This document shows positions 1 to 9,828 of a stretch of DNA of 41,710 bases, one piece after another. The position numbers were made by a program, and so were the translations under genes. Every line of letters begins with the position of its first letter. The first letter of the stretch is position 1. The notes below the pieces were generated by a model. It was not told the origin of the DNA. It worked only from the letters and a program-made list of their open reading frames with translations, and did not search any database. This stretch comes from Gemmatimonadales bacterium (GTDB lineage Bacteria; Gemmatimonadota; Gemmatimonadetes; Gemmatimonadales; JACORV01): assembly GCA_035542295.1 (NCBI GenBank), contig DATKLR010000070.1:1-41710 (forward strand), written 5' to 3'.

Positions 1-2140
1 ACACCGTGCCGACGGCGCGCGCCGGCACGCCATGCTTGCGCGCCACCGCGAGCACCGCGTCCGCGTCGGCCCGCGCCGCGCTCACCACCGCCCGCCCGTG
101 GTCCTCGGCGAACAGCAGCGCGGCCGGCGGATGGCCGGGCCCGAGCGGCGTCAGGTCCACGTCGCACCCGAACAGCTCCGGTGCCAACACCGCGGACTCG
201 ACCAGCGCCACGGCGAGGCCGCCCTCGGACACGTCGTGCGCGGACGCCAGCAGCCGCGCCTCCGCGCAGGCCGCGAGGCACTCCACGAGGGCGCGCTCGG
301 CCGTCAGGTCCACCGGCGGCGGCGCGCCGAACACGTCCCCCGTCGCCAGCTCGAGGTACTGCGAGCCGCCCAGTGCGCCGCGCGTCGCGCCGAGGCAGAT
401 CACCACGTCGCCGGCGGCGCGGAACTGCGCGCCCACGCGCGATTCGATCCGCGGCAGCACGCCCACCATGCCGATCATCGGCGAGGGCAGGACCGCGCCC
501 GTGGGGCTCTCGTTGTAGAACGACACGTTGCCCCCGGTGACCGGGGTCCCCAACGCGCGGCACGCATCGGCGATCCCGCGGCACGCCTCGCGGAACTGGT
601 AGAACACCTCCGGCCGCTCGGGGTTGCCGAAGTTGAGACAGTCGGTGATGCCCAGGGGCCGCGCGCCCGTCGCCGCGATGTTGCGTGCCGCCTCCGCCAC
701 CGCCGCCTTGCCGCCCTCGTAGGGATCGAGCCAGACGAAGCGGCCGCTGCCGCCGCTGGTGAGCGCGATGCCGAGCGACGTGTCGCGGACGCGCAGGACC
801 GCGGCGTCCCCGCCGGGACCCGTGACGGTGTTGGTCTGCACCGACGTGTCGTACTGCTCGTACACCCAGCGCTTGGACGCGATCGTCGGCAGGTCCAGCA
901 GCCGCTCGAGCGTCCGGTCGAGGTCGAGGTCGAGGCCCGGGGGCGGGATCGGGCGGGCGCGCCGCGCCGCGGCCTCGGCGCCCTCGCGCGCCTCAGGGTG
1001 GTACACGGGCGCTCCCTCGACCAGCGCCTTCCCGGGGATCTCGGCCACCACCTCCGCGCCCCAGCGCACGCGGTACATCCCGTCGTCGGTGACCCGTCCG
1101 ATCACGGCGCTGGTCAGCTCCCAGGCGCGGCAGATGGTGTCCACCTCGCGCTCGCGGCCGCGCTTGGCCACCACGAGCATCCGTTCCTGCGACTCCGAGA
1201 GCAGCACCTCGTACGGCGTCATCTCCGCTTCCCGCATCGGCATCAGCTGCGCGTCGATCTCGACCCCGACGCCGCCCCGCGCCGCCATCTCGGCCGAGCT
1301 CGACGTGAGACCCGCCGCGCCCATGTCCTGGATGGCGACGATGTGGCCGGAGCGGATCAGCTCCAGCGAGGCCTCGATGAGCAGCTTCTCGGTGAAGGGA
1401 TCGCCCACCTGGACCTGCGGGCGCCGCGCCTCGCTCTGCTCCGACAGCTCCTCCGACGCGAACGAGGCGCCGTGGATCCCGTCGCGGCCGGTCCGCGCGC
1501 CCACCGCGATGATCGGGTTCCCGGCGCCGGCCGCGCGGGCGCGGATCAGCTCCTCCTCGCGCAGCAGCCCGACGGCCATCGCGTTGACCAGCGGGTTCCC
1601 CTCGTACGCCCGCTCGAACGCGACATCGCCGCCCACGGTCGGCACGCCGACGCAGTTCCCGTAGTCGCCGATCCCGCGGACCACGCCTTTCATCAGATAG
1701 CGCTGGCGGTCGCTGTCGAGCGGGCCGAACCGCAGCGAGTCCAGCACGGCGACGGGGCGCGCGCCCATGGTGAAGATGTCGCGCAGGATGCCGCCGACCC
1801 CGGTCGCGGCGCCCTGGTAGGGCTCCACCGCCGACGGGTGGTTGTGGGACTCCATCTTGAACGCCACGGCCCATCCTTCGCCGAGGCGGAGCACGCCGGC
1901 GTTCTCGCCGGGGCCCTGGATGACCTGCGGCCCCTCGGTCGGGAAGCTCTTCAGGATGGGACGGGAGTGCTTATAGGCGCAGTGCTCGCTCCACAGCGCC
2001 GAGAAGATGCCCAGCTCGACCCAGGTCGGGTCGCGGCCGAGCACCTTCCGGATGCGGGAGAACTCGTCTGGGGTGAGGCCGTGCTGCCGGACCAGCTCCG
2101 GGGTGATCTGCGGATCGCCGGGTCTGGCCTGGGCGGTCAC
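1..2140 (-). CDS. purL: Phosphoribosylformylglycinamidine synthase subunit PurL (FGAM synthase II); C-terminus cut by window edge
   Basis: My own reverse-strand translation from GTG at 2140 reads [64 protein letters not shown]...GENAGV...[30 protein letters not shown], a classic PurL N-terminus. The frame stays open to position 1, so it is absent from the ORF track. The start overlaps the upstream stop as GTGA. Confidence 0.9.
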   Translation of the reverse strand, partial: MTAQARPGDPQITPELVRQHGLTPDEFSRIRKVLGRDPTWVELGIFSALWSEHCAYKHSRPILKSFPTEGPQVIQGPGENAGVLRLGEGWAVAFKMESHNHPSAVEPYQGAATGVGGILRDIFTMGARPVAVLDSLRFGPLDSDRQRYLMKGVVRGIGDYGNCVGVPTVGGDVAFERAYEGNPLVNAMAVGLLREEELIRARAAGAGNPIIAVGARTGRDGIHGASFASEELSEQSEARRPQVQVGDPFTEKLLIEASLELIRSGHIVAIQDMGAAGLTSSSAEMAARGGVGVEIDAQLMPMREAEMTPYEVLLSESQERMLVVAKRGREREVDTICRAWELTSAVIGRVTDDGMYRVRWGAEVVAEIPGKALVEGAPVYHPEAREGAEAAARRARPIPPPGLDLDLDRTLERLLDLPTIASKRWVYEQYDTSVQTNTVTGPGGDAAVLRVRDTSLGIALTSGGSGRFVWLDPYEGGKAAVAEAARNIAATGARPLGITDCLNFGNPERPEVFYQFREACRGIADACRALGTPVTGGNVSFYNESPTGAVLPSPMIGMVGVLPRIESRVGAQFRAAGDVVICLGATRGALGGSQYLELATGDVFGAPPPVDLTAERALVECLAACAEARLLASAHDVSEGGLAVALVESAVLAPELFGCDVDLTPLGPGHPPAALLFAEDHGRAVVSAARADADAVLAVARKHGVPARAVGTV

Positions 2141-2685
2141 CGGTCCGGCTTGACCTGGACGCCGGTGACCGCGGCTCCCCTCGTGGAATCCGCCGGCTGC
2201 CCCTGCAGCGGCGTGAAGACGGGCGTGCGCCCCTCGGGCGAGCTGCTCACGCCCGCGTAGACGTGGTCGGGCGAACGCACGATGGCGTCCATGACCTGGC
2301 CGTGTTGCAGGAGGACGACGTCCTCGTAGCCCACCCGGCGCTCACGCCGGTTCCGGAAGAACATGTACGTCCAGTCGTTGGCGGTGCGCGTCGCGAGCGG
2401 CTTGCCCCAGCGCGCTTCCACCTCGGCCTGCGTCATCCCCGGTCTCACGGCGTTCGCCGCGGCCGTGGAGTCGGGGGACGGAGGGGCGGGCGCGGCTTGC
2501 TGGGCCGCGGCCAGGGTGTCCTTCGCCGGCGCCAGGACGCCGATCGAGTCCTTGCGGGCGCCCGTCGTGTCCGGCTGCGTGACGGTCGTGTCCTTCCGCG
2601 TGGTCGTCGTGTCCTGGGCGGCGAGCGGCGCCGCGAGCAGGGCGAGCGAGGCCAGCATGGTGCAGACGGTCCGGGATCCCATCAT
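2137..2685 (-). CDS. Secreted protein with BamE/SmpA_OmlA-like C-terminal domain
   Basis: 182-aa ORF. The N-terminal signal peptide is [24 protein letters not shown], followed by a low-complexity T/A/P linker. The segment [14 protein letters not shown]...W.Y resembles the BamE/SmpA_OmlA fold signature. Confidence 0.55.
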   Translation of the reverse strand: MMGSRTVCTMLASLALLAAPLAAQDTTTTRKDTTVTQPDTTGARKDSIGVLAPAKDTLAAAQQAAPAPPSPDSTAAANAVRPGMTQAEVEARWGKPLATRTANDWTYMFFRNRRERRVGYEDVVLLQHGQVMDAIVRSPDHVYAGVSSSPEGRTPVFTPLQGQPADSTRGAAVTGVQVKPDR

Positions 2686-2694
2686 GTCCCCCCT

Positions 2695-3360
2695 TTACGC
2701 GACGGCTACGGCGGCCGCGAGATCGAAGACCGCCGCTCCGTCGCTCGAGCCGAGCAGCGCCTCGGAGGCGCGCTCGGGATGAGGCATCAGGCCCACGACA
2801 TTGCGACCCTCGTTGGTGATACCCGCGATGTCGCGCATCGCGCCGTTCGGGTTCCCTCCGACGTACCTGAAGACGACCCGCTCCCCGCGCTCGAGGCGGT
2901 CGAGCGTGGCCTCGTCCGCGACGTAGCGCCCGTCGCCGTGCGCCACCGGCATCGTCAGCTCCTGGCCGACGCGATACCGCGCGGTGAACGGCGTCGTGTC
3001 GGTCTCCACCCGCAGGCGCACCGGGCGGCAGACGAACGACAGCCCGCCGTTCCGGGCCAGCGCGCCGGGCAGGAGGCGCGCCTCGCACAGGATCTGGAAG
3101 CCGTTGCAGATCCCCAGCACCGGCCGCCCCGCCGCCGCATGCGCCGCCACCGCCCGCATCACCGGACTGAACCGCGCGATCGCGCCCGGCCGCAGGTAGT
3201 CGCCGTACGAGAACCCGCCGGGGAGGACGACCACGTCCGCGCCGCCCAGGTCCGTCGAGCGGTGCCACACGTAGCAGGCCTCCGCGCCGGAGGCGGCGGC
3301 CGCCGCGAGCGCGTCCGCGTCGCAGTTGGACCCGGGGAAGCGCACCACCGCGATCTTCAC
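2695..3360 (-). CDS. purQ: Phosphoribosylformylglycinamidine synthase glutaminase subunit PurQ (FGAM synthase I)
   Basis: [14 protein letters not shown]..., nucleophile motif GICNGFQ and C-terminal MPHPER. I place the start at GTG 3360, which overlaps the purS stop as GTGA. The track ORF extends further, to 3426. Confidence 0.92.
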   Translation of the reverse strand: MKIAVVRFPGSNCDADALAAAAASGAEACYVWHRSTDLGGADVVVLPGGFSYGDYLRPGAIARFSPVMRAVAAHAAAGRPVLGICNGFQILCEARLLPGALARNGGLSFVCRPVRLRVETDTTPFTARYRVGQELTMPVAHGDGRYVADEATLDRLERGERVVFRYVGGNPNGAMRDIAGITNEGRNVVGLMPHPERASEALLGSSDGAAVFDLAAAVAVA

Positions 3361-3617
3361 GGCTGCGGCTCCACCGCCTCGAGGGCGAAATCCTCCGTCA
3401 CCGGGTTGGCGAGCAGCCGTTCGCACATCTTGAGCGCGCCGGCGCGCGCGGCCTCCGCCGAGGCGGCTTCGAGGTCGAGCTCGACGGTCCGGCCGACCCG
3501 CACGCCCGCGACGCCCGCGAAGCCCAGCTCGCCCAGCGCGTGGGCCACCGCCTGGCCCTGCGGGTCGAGGATGGACGGGCGGGGCATCACGCGGACGCGG
3601 GCGCGGAACCGCATCAC
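3357..3617 (-). CDS. purS: FGAM synthase subunit PurS
   Basis: 86-aa ORF reading [27 protein letters not shown]...[12 protein letters not shown], typical of PurS. It sits between pssA and purQ, with overlaps at both ends. An alternative ATG start lies at 3614. Confidence 0.9.
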   Translation of the reverse strand: MMRFRARVRVMPRPSILDPQGQAVAHALGELGFAGVAGVRVGRTVELDLEAASAEAARAGALKMCERLLANPVTEDFALEAVEPQP

Positions 3618-4501
3618 TGGGGCCCGCTCATCGGCCGCTGGCCGCCGGCGCGGCGCCGCCGGCGCAGCCGGAAGCGCAGGCGCCCGGGGGCGGGAGCCAG
3701 GTCGTAGTCGATGGGCCGCTCGCCCTCCTCGTCGTCGTCCCGCAGCAGGTCACGCTCGGGCAGCCGGTCGAGCAGCCCGAGGGAGACCGCGCGCACCAGG
3801 CCGTAGGCGATCAGCAGCAGGCCGGCCGGGAAGAAGAAATACTCCGGGAACCAGAGTGCGCCTGCCAGCGCGAACAGGTGTGCGGCGAGCGAGAGGCGCC
3901 CCTTCCAGGTCCGCAACCCGATGGTGGGCAGCACGGGGTAGGGCACCTGGCTCACCATGAGCAGGGCGAGCACGATCGTGAGCAGCACGACCACCAGCGA
4001 CAGCGGGAGGAACCCGAACTGCTGCTGGAAGAACGGCGTCTGCGTGAACGGGTAGGCGGAAGCGAGCGTGATGCCGGACATCGGCGACGAGAGGCCGATG
4101 AAGTGCGTCTTGGCCTGGCCCGCCTGGACCACGTTGAACCGCGCGAGCCGCAGCGCCGCGGCGAGCACGTAGATGAACGACAGGAGCCAGGCCCACTCGC
4201 CACCCCGGAACCGCCAGAAATAGAGCAGCAGCGCGGGGGCGACGCCGAAGGACACGACGTCCACCAGCGAGTCGAGCTCCGCCCCGAAGGCGCTGCCCGT
4301 GCGGCTCATCCGCGCCACGCGCCCGTCGAGCAGGTCCAGCACGGCCGCGGCGATGATGAACCAGGCCGCGAGGGCGAAGTTGCCGCGCGCGGACTCCACG
4401 ATGGACCAGACGCCGAAGAACAGGTTCCCCGAGGTGAAGGCGCTGGGGAGGATGATGATCGCGCGCCGCATGCCGCGCGGCCGGGGACGCGGCGCCGTCA
4501 T
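3614..4501 (-). CDS. pssA: CDP-diacylglycerol--serine O-phosphatidyltransferase (phosphatidylserine synthase)
   Basis: CDP-alcohol phosphatidyltransferase motif [26 protein letters not shown], with multiple hydrophobic helices. The start overlaps the psd stop as ATGA. Confidence 0.88.
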   Translation of the reverse strand: MTAPRPRPRGMRRAIIILPSAFTSGNLFFGVWSIVESARGNFALAAWFIIAAAVLDLLDGRVARMSRTGSAFGAELDSLVDVVSFGVAPALLLYFWRFRGGEWAWLLSFIYVLAAALRLARFNVVQAGQAKTHFIGLSSPMSGITLASAYPFTQTPFFQQQFGFLPLSLVVVLLTIVLALLMVSQVPYPVLPTIGLRTWKGRLSLAAHLFALAGALWFPEYFFFPAGLLLIAYGLVRAVSLGLLDRLPERDLLRDDDEEGERPIDYDLAPAPGRLRFRLRRRRRAGGQRPMSGPQ

Positions 4502-5145
4502 CCCGCGTACTCCGCGATGACCGTCTGGCCGGCGACGACGCGCTGGTTCAGCTGCACCTTGAGCGGGACCTTGGCGTCGAGGAAGAGGTCGACCCGCGAG
4601 CCGAAGCGGATCATCCCGAGACGCTCGCCCTGTACGGCCTTCTCGCCCGCGGCCGCGTCGGTCACGATCCGGCGCGCGATGTTGCCCGCGATCTGGCGGA
4701 CCAGCACCGGGCCGCGGGGCCCGTTGATGCCCACCGACGCCTGCTCGTTCACCAGGGACGCCTTGTCGTGGCTCGCGACCGTGAACTGCCCCGGGTTGTA
4801 GTGGACCACTTCGATCTCACCCGAGACCGGGTACCGGTTCACGTGCACGTTGAGCACGCTCATGAAGATGCTGACCCGGGTGGCTTTCTCATGAAGATAC
4901 ACAGGCTCTTCCACCTGGGCGATGCCGCAGACGCGGCCGTCCGCCGGCGCGAGCACGAGCCGGTCGCCGCGCGGTCCGGGCCGCTCCGGGTCCCGGAAGA
5001 ACGCCGCCACCCAGATCGTCAGCAGCACGCCCACGGCCAGGAACGCCAGCGACCAGCCGGGGAACGCGTACCAGATCACGAGGAGCGCCGCGTCGAGCGC
5101 GAGCGCGACCCGCACGAAGGGCCAACCCTCGGGTGCCAGGCGCAT
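4498..5145 (-). CDS. psd: Phosphatidylserine decarboxylase proenzyme, short (archaeal/Asd-like) type
   Basis: Start taken at MRLAPEGW (cat at 5143-5145). The protein has two N-terminal TM helices, reads ...LAPADGRV...SIFMSVLNVHVNRYPVSG..., and carries the self-cleavage site FGSRVD. The upstream part of track ORF 4498-6201 overlaps purC out of frame and is spurious. Confidence 0.85.
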   Translation of the reverse strand: MRLAPEGWPFVRVALALDAALLVIWYAFPGWSLAFLAVGVLLTIWVAAFFRDPERPGPRGDRLVLAPADGRVCGIAQVEEPVYLHEKATRVSIFMSVLNVHVNRYPVSGEIEVVHYNPGQFTVASHDKASLVNEQASVGINGPRGPVLVRQIAGNIARRIVTDAAAGEKAVQGERLGMIRFGSRVDLFLDAKVPLKVQLNQRVVAGQTVIAEYAG

Positions 5146-6059
5146 CAGTGTCCCCCACGGGCGCCCTGGGACAGGCGCCGGAAGATGTCGCGGTAGCGAT
5201 CGGTGGTGGCCTGTACCACCTCGGGCGGGAGGGGCGGCGCGGGCGCCTCCCCGTTCCACTTCCCGGCGCGCTTCAGGCCGTCGAGGTAGTCGCGCACCGG
5301 CTGCTTGTCGAAGCTCGGCTGCGGGCCGCCCGGCCGGTAGCCGTCCGCCGGCCAGAACCGCGACGAGTCGGGCGTCAGCACCTCGTCGATCAGCAGCAGC
5401 CGCCCGCCCGCCGTCCCGAACTCGAACTTCGTGTCGGCGATGATGACGCCGCGCGAGGCGGCGAACGCCTGCGCCTCGGTGTACAGCGCCAGCGACCGGT
5501 CGCGCAGCTCGGCGGCACGCTTGGTGCCCAGCGCGTCCGCGACGCGGCCGAACGTGACGTTCTCGTCGTGCCCGACCTCCGCCTTCGTGGCAGGGGAGAA
5601 GATCGGCTCGGCCAGCTGCTCCGACTCCCGGAGCCCCTTGGGCAGCGGCTCGCCCGCCAGGGTCCCCGCCGCCTGGTACTCCTTCCAGGCGGAACCGGAG
5701 ATGTAGCCGCGGACCACGCACTCGAACGCGACGGGCTCCGTGCGGCGGCACAGCATCGCCCGGCCCTGGAGCTGGTCCCGGTGACCCGCGAGGACGGGGA
5801 CGGCGGCGACGATCTCCGCCGCGTCCGCGGTGATGCAATGGTGCGGCTGCGCCGCGGCGAGGCGGGAGAACCAGAACGCGGAGATCTGCGTCAGCACCTC
5901 GCCCTTGGAGGGCACCGGCTCCCGCAGCACCACGTCGAACGCGCTGATCCGGTCGCTCGCCACGAGCAGCAGCCGCTCCGCGTCCACCGTGTAGACCTCG
6001 CGCACTTTCCCGCGCCGGAGGAGCGGGAGCGGCAGCTTGCTCTCCATCAGCACCGTCAT
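5145..6059 (-). CDS. purC: Phosphoribosylaminoimidazole-succinocarboxamide (SAICAR) synthase
   Basis: [26 protein letters not shown]...[15 protein letters not shown]...[10 protein letters not shown]...[16 protein letters not shown]. Start at cat 6057-6059, overlapping the purB stop as ATGA. Confidence 0.93.
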   Translation of the reverse strand: MTVLMESKLPLPLLRRGKVREVYTVDAERLLLVASDRISAFDVVLREPVPSKGEVLTQISAFWFSRLAAAQPHHCITADAAEIVAAVPVLAGHRDQLQGRAMLCRRTEPVAFECVVRGYISGSAWKEYQAAGTLAGEPLPKGLRESEQLAEPIFSPATKAEVGHDENVTFGRVADALGTKRAAELRDRSLALYTEAQAFAASRGVIIADTKFEFGTAGGRLLLIDEVLTPDSSRFWPADGYRPGGPQPSFDKQPVRDYLDGLKRAGKWNGEAPAPPLPPEVVQATTDRYRDIFRRLSQGARGGH

Positions 6060-7567
6060 ACGTGCACCTCGGTCGGCGGCGCCTCCGGGAGGTCCGCCAG
6101 CAGGGGGTCCACCACCTCGCGCAGGTACTCGTCCACCTGCTCGGGGGAACGGCCGACGAACGCGCGCGCATCGAGCCCACGCGCCACTTCGGCCACCGCA
6201 ACGCCGCGGAACGCCGGGTCGGCGGCGAGCCGGTCCAGCAGGTCGTTCGCCACGCCCGTCTCGGCGATCGCGCGCGCGACGTCGAGGCTGTGCCGGCGGA
6301 TGACCTCGTGCAGCGCCTGGCGGTCGCCGCCCGCCTGCACGCCGAGCATGAGGCACCGCTCCGTCGCCATGAACGGGAGCTCCCGCGCCACGTGGCCGCG
6401 GATCACGGCCTCCCGCACCTCCAGGCCGCAGGCGACGTCGGAGACCAGCATCAGGATCGCGTCCACCGCGAGGAACGCCTCGGGCAGCACCAGCCGCCGG
6501 TTCGCGCTGTCATCCAGCGTGCGCTCGAACCACTGCTGCGCGGCGGTCTCCTCCGCATTGGCCGGCAGGTGCATCGCGTAGCGCGCCAGCGACGCGATCC
6601 GCTCCGAGCGCATCGGATTGCGCTTGTAGGCCATCGCGGAGGAGCCGATCTGCTCGGCCTCGAACGGCTCGAGCACTTCGCCCATGTGCTGGAGCAGGCG
6701 GACGTCGGCCGCGAACTTGGCCGCGGACTGGGCGATCCCGGCCAGCACCGCCAGCACCTGCGCGTCGCTCTTGCGCGGGTACGTCTGGCCGCTGATCGGC
6801 ACCACCTGGGGGAAACCCACTTTCTCGGCGACCAGCCGGTCGAGCCGGCGCACCTTGGCGTGGTCGCCGCCGAACAGGTCGAGGAAGGACGCCTGGGTGC
6901 CCGTCGTGCCCTTGCAGCCGAGGAACGCGAGCGCCCGGCGGCGGTGCTGCACCTCCTCGAGGTCCGCCACGAACCCCTGCATCCACAGCGCCGCTCGCTT
7001 GCCCACCGTGGTGAGCTGTGCGGGCTGGAGATGCGTGTAGGCGAGCGTCGGCACGGCCCGGTAGCGCACGGCCACCTGGCGCAGCGCGCGCAGCGCCGCG
7101 CCCAGCCGCGCCGTCACCAGGCCGAGCGCCTCGCGGATCACGATCAGGTCGGCGTTGTCCGTGACGAACGCCGAAGTGGCGCCCAGGTGGATGTACGGCC
7201 GCGCGGCCGGCGCCACGTCGCCGTAGGCGTGCACGTGCGCCATCACGTCGTGCCGGAACCGGGCCTCGTACTCCGCCGCGCGCGCGAAGTCCACGTCGTC
7301 CACGTGCGCGCGCATCTCGGCCAGCGCGGCCTCGGGGATGGTGAGCCCCAGCTCCCGTTCGGCCTCCGCCAGCGCGATCCAGAGCCGGCGCCACAGCCCG
7401 GTCCGCGTCGCCGCGCCCCAGAGGCGCTGCATCGGCGCCGACGCATAGCGCGTCCCGAGCGGCGAGACATAGCGCTCGTGGTCGGTGGCGCCCGAGCGCG
7501 GGCCGGATCCTGCGGGCGGCGCGACGGCCGCGTCCGTCCGAGGTCGCTTGGCGTCCGGCGCGCTCAT
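6056..7567 (-). CDS. purB: Adenylosuccinate lyase
   Basis: [14 protein letters not shown]...[15 protein letters not shown]...[14 protein letters not shown]...[15 protein letters not shown] (fumarate-lyase signature). Start at cat 7565-7567. The rest of track ORF 6056-8995 is an out-of-frame artefact over the protease gene. Confidence 0.93.
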   Translation of the reverse strand: MSAPDAKRPRTDAAVAPPAGSGPRSGATDHERYVSPLGTRYASAPMQRLWGAATRTGLWRRLWIALAEAERELGLTIPEAALAEMRAHVDDVDFARAAEYEARFRHDVMAHVHAYGDVAPAARPYIHLGATSAFVTDNADLIVIREALGLVTARLGAALRALRQVAVRYRAVPTLAYTHLQPAQLTTVGKRAALWMQGFVADLEEVQHRRRALAFLGCKGTTGTQASFLDLFGGDHAKVRRLDRLVAEKVGFPQVVPISGQTYPRKSDAQVLAVLAGIAQSAAKFAADVRLLQHMGEVLEPFEAEQIGSSAMAYKRNPMRSERIASLARYAMHLPANAEETAAQQWFERTLDDSANRRLVLPEAFLAVDAILMLVSDVACGLEVREAVIRGHVARELPFMATERCLMLGVQAGGDRQALHEVIRRHSLDVARAIAETGVANDLLDRLAADPAFRGVAVAEVARGLDARAFVGRSPEQVDEYLREVVDPLLADLPEAPPTEVHV

Positions 7568-8916
7568 TCGCCCGCCGTCAGGTCGGTGTAGATGATGGAC
7601 CCGCCCCGCAGAATCACGAACCGCATCGGCCACCCCTTGCCGCGGTAGTACCGGATCACCTGCTGGACCTGCTCCGCGCTGGTGATCTTGATGTTGTCGA
7701 TCTGCAGCACCACGTCCCCCGCTGCGAGCGCGCTGGCCGGCCCGGCCTGGACCACCAGGGCTCCGCGCGCGATCCCGAGCTGCCGCTCGGCCTGAATGGC
7801 CGGGGTCACGGTGATCAGCTGCAGGTCGCCGAGGCTCACGCGAGTCGCGCGCTGCGAGGGCAGCTCGACGGCGCGCAGGGTCGCGAGCCGCGTCTCGTCG
7901 CCCTGGCGCACCGCCACCCGCAGCGTGTCCCCGACGCGCAGATCCAGGAGCGCGGCCTCCCAGTCGAGGAAGTTGCGCACCGGGCGATCCCCCGCGCGCA
8001 TGATGACGTCGCCCTGCCGCAGGCCCGCGGCGTCGCCCGGCCCGCCTTCGGCCACGGCCTTGATGCCGACGCCGCGCTGGCGCCGCCAGTTCTCGCTGGT
8101 CGCCGATTCGTTGACGTCGATCCCCGTCCACCCCCGCTGCACACGCCCGTAGTCCCGGAGATCCCGGGCGACGCGCATCGCACGCTCGATCGGGATGGCG
8201 AACCCGAGGCCGACGTTGCCCCCCGACTGCGTGAGGATGAAGGAGTTCACCCCCACCACCTCGCCGCCCGAGCTGACCAGCGGGCCGCCGGAGTTGCCGG
8301 GGTTGATCGCCGCGTCGGTCTGGATCATGTCCACGTACAGCCCGGACTGTTCGTCCGATGGCAGCACCGAGCGCCGCAGCGCGCTCACGACGCCCGCGGT
8401 CACCGACGGCTCGCTGTTGCCGAGGACGTAGCCGTAGGGATTGCCGATGGCCACGACCCAGTCGCCGATCGCGAGGTCGGCGCTGCGGCCAATCGGCGCC
8501 ACCGGAAAGCGGGACCCCGCGATCTTGACGACGGCGATGTCCGTGCGCGCGTCCTCGCCGAGCAGCCGCGCCTGGAAGTCGCGTCCGTCCCGCAGCGTGA
8601 CGACGATCGAATCGGCCCCTGCCACCACGTGCTGGTTGGTGATGATGAGGCCGTCGCCGCTCACGATGAACCCGGAGCCGAGCCCCTCCACGCGCTGGAC
8701 GTAGCCGCCCGGGTACATGAACTGGGAGAAGAAATCGTTGGGCACCGCGCGCTCGCGCCCCACGACGTTGACGCTGACCACCGACGGCGCGACCCGCGCG
8801 GCGGACACGCTGATGGTCGAGTGGCGCTCCGCCCCGACCCGCTCGCTCTGCTGCGCGGCCGCCGGCCGGGTCACCGCCAGCGCGAGCATCGCGAGACCGG
8901 CCGCGCCCCGGCTCAC
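7564..8916 (-). CDS. DegP/HtrA-family periplasmic serine endoprotease with two PDZ domains
   Basis: Catalytic triad context: TNQHVV (His), DIAVVK (Asp), GNSGGPL (Ser). Two PDZ-like segments follow (GVGIKAVAEGGPGDAAGLRQGDVI and GALVVQAGPASALAAGDVVLQIDN). The GTG at 8916 overlaps the truA stop as GTGA. An alternative ATG start lies at 8889. Confidence 0.88.
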   Translation of the reverse strand: MSRGAAGLAMLALAVTRPAAAQQSERVGAERHSTISVSAARVAPSVVSVNVVGRERAVPNDFFSQFMYPGGYVQRVEGLGSGFIVSGDGLIITNQHVVAGADSIVVTLRDGRDFQARLLGEDARTDIAVVKIAGSRFPVAPIGRSADLAIGDWVVAIGNPYGYVLGNSEPSVTAGVVSALRRSVLPSDEQSGLYVDMIQTDAAINPGNSGGPLVSSGGEVVGVNSFILTQSGGNVGLGFAIPIERAMRVARDLRDYGRVQRGWTGIDVNESATSENWRRQRGVGIKAVAEGGPGDAAGLRQGDVIMRAGDRPVRNFLDWEAALLDLRVGDTLRVAVRQGDETRLATLRAVELPSQRATRVSLGDLQLITVTPAIQAERQLGIARGALVVQAGPASALAAGDVVLQIDNIKITSAEQVQQVIRYYRGKGWPMRFVILRGGSIIYTDLTAGE

Positions 8917-9689
8917 TGCGCTGCGGCGAAGAGGTGGGCCGGGTAGCGCACCCCGACCAGGAAGAGGCCGTGGGGCGGAGCGGGGGGCGATGCATCGCGA
9001 TTGTCGAGCGCGCGGAGCAGCTTCGGCAGGTCGGACGGCGGCCGGCGCCCGCGTGCGATGTCCACCATCGTCCCGACCAGGAACCGCACCATGTGGCGCA
9101 GGAACCGGTTCGCCGTGATCCAGAACTCGAGGCCCCGGGCGTCCTCCCGGACCAGCCACAGCGCCTCGAAGATCCGGCAGCGGTAGTGCTCCTTCTCCGG
9201 ACCCTTGGCCGAGAGCGCGCGGAACGAGTGCTCGCCGCGCAGCGCGGCCGCCGCGGCGCTCAGGCGTGCGACGTCGAGCTCGACGGGGAGGACCCACTCA
9301 TGGCGGCTGCGGAACGGGGACCGGGCCGACGCGTCGGTGCCGACGCGGTAGCAGTAGGTGCGCTCGAGCGCGTCGCGACGCGGATTGAAGCCGGGAACCA
9401 TCCGGCGGGCCGCTGCGACCCAGACGTCGGAGGGCAGGAGAGCATTCATCGCACGCACCAAGTCCGGGAGCCGCCATCGTTCGGGGACCATCGCTGCCGC
9501 TGCCTGCCCTGTGGCGTGCACGCCGGCGTCGGTGCGTCCCGACCCGATGACCGGCGTCCGCTTCTCCAGGAGCCGCGCCAGAATGTCCTCGACCACGCCC
9601 TGAACCGTGCGCGCCGACGGCTGGCGCTGCCATCCTGCGAATGACCCGCCGTCGTATTGAAGCAGGAGGAGGGTCGGCCGCGCCGCCAT
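8913..9689 (-). CDS. truA: tRNA pseudouridine(38-40) synthase TruA
   Basis: 258 aa reading LLLQYDGGSFAGWQRQP..TVQG......GSGRTDAGVHA.GQ...RFLRHMVR, with the catalytic Asp in GRTDAGVHA. Confidence 0.92.
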   Translation of the reverse strand: MAARPTLLLLQYDGGSFAGWQRQPSARTVQGVVEDILARLLEKRTPVIGSGRTDAGVHATGQAAAAMVPERWRLPDLVRAMNALLPSDVWVAAARRMVPGFNPRRDALERTYCYRVGTDASARSPFRSRHEWVLPVELDVARLSAAAAALRGEHSFRALSAKGPEKEHYRCRIFEALWLVREDARGLEFWITANRFLRHMVRFLVGTMVDIARGRRPPSDLPKLLRALDNRDASPPAPPHGLFLVGVRYPAHLFAAAQ

Positions 9690-9697
9690 GTGAAGAG

Positions 9698-9726
9698 AAC
9701 CTAGCCAGCCTCGGAGGGGGGGTCAA
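9698..9726 (-). promoter_or_regulatory. Candidate sigma70-type promoter for truA and the downstream minus-strand block; possibly gives a leaderless mRNA
   Basis: On the minus strand: TTGACC (9726-9721), a 17-nt spacer, then TAGGTT (9703-9698). Only 8 nt separate the -10 element from the truA ATG (9689). Confidence 0.3.
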
Positions 9727-9748
9727 GCGACGCAAGTCCTTGCCGTGA

Positions 9749-9778
9749 TTGACAAAGCGCTGCCAAAGCCTGTACAAT
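9749..9778 (+). promoter_or_regulatory. Candidate sigma70-type promoter for trpD
   Basis: Perfect -35 TTGACA (9749-9754), an 18-nt spacer, then -10 TACAAT (9773-9778). It lies in the only AT-containing patch of the truA/trpD divergent gap, about 50 nt upstream of the trpD ATG. Confidence 0.5.
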
Positions 9779-9782
9779 CGCT

Positions 9783-9822
9783 CGCCGTTCGCCGAGGACC
9801 CGTGGCCCTACCGCGAACGGCG
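9783..9822 (+). promoter_or_regulatory. Perfect 10-bp inverted repeat (stem-loop or operator) in the trpD 5' leader
   Basis: CGCCGTTCGC (9783-9792), 20 nt, then GCGAACGGCG (9813-9822). The right arm ends 6 nt before the trpD ATG at 9829. The left arm starts about 5 nt after the predicted -10 element. Confidence 0.45.
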
Positions 9823-9828
9823 CCACCG

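Noticed and set aside
917-934. Tandem hexamer (GTCGAG)x3 inside purL.
   Set aside because: It simply encodes an LDLDLD stretch in a variable PurL linker on the minus strand. It is short, in-frame and unremarkable.
4498-6201. 567-aa track ORF, which could suggest a large fusion protein upstream of psd.
   Set aside because: Only the last 215 residues look like Psd. The N-terminal 350 residues are Arg/Gly/Ala-rich and overlap purC out of frame. The same reasoning applies to 6056-8995 (purB), 7564-9297 (protease) and 20942-22171 (rlmN).
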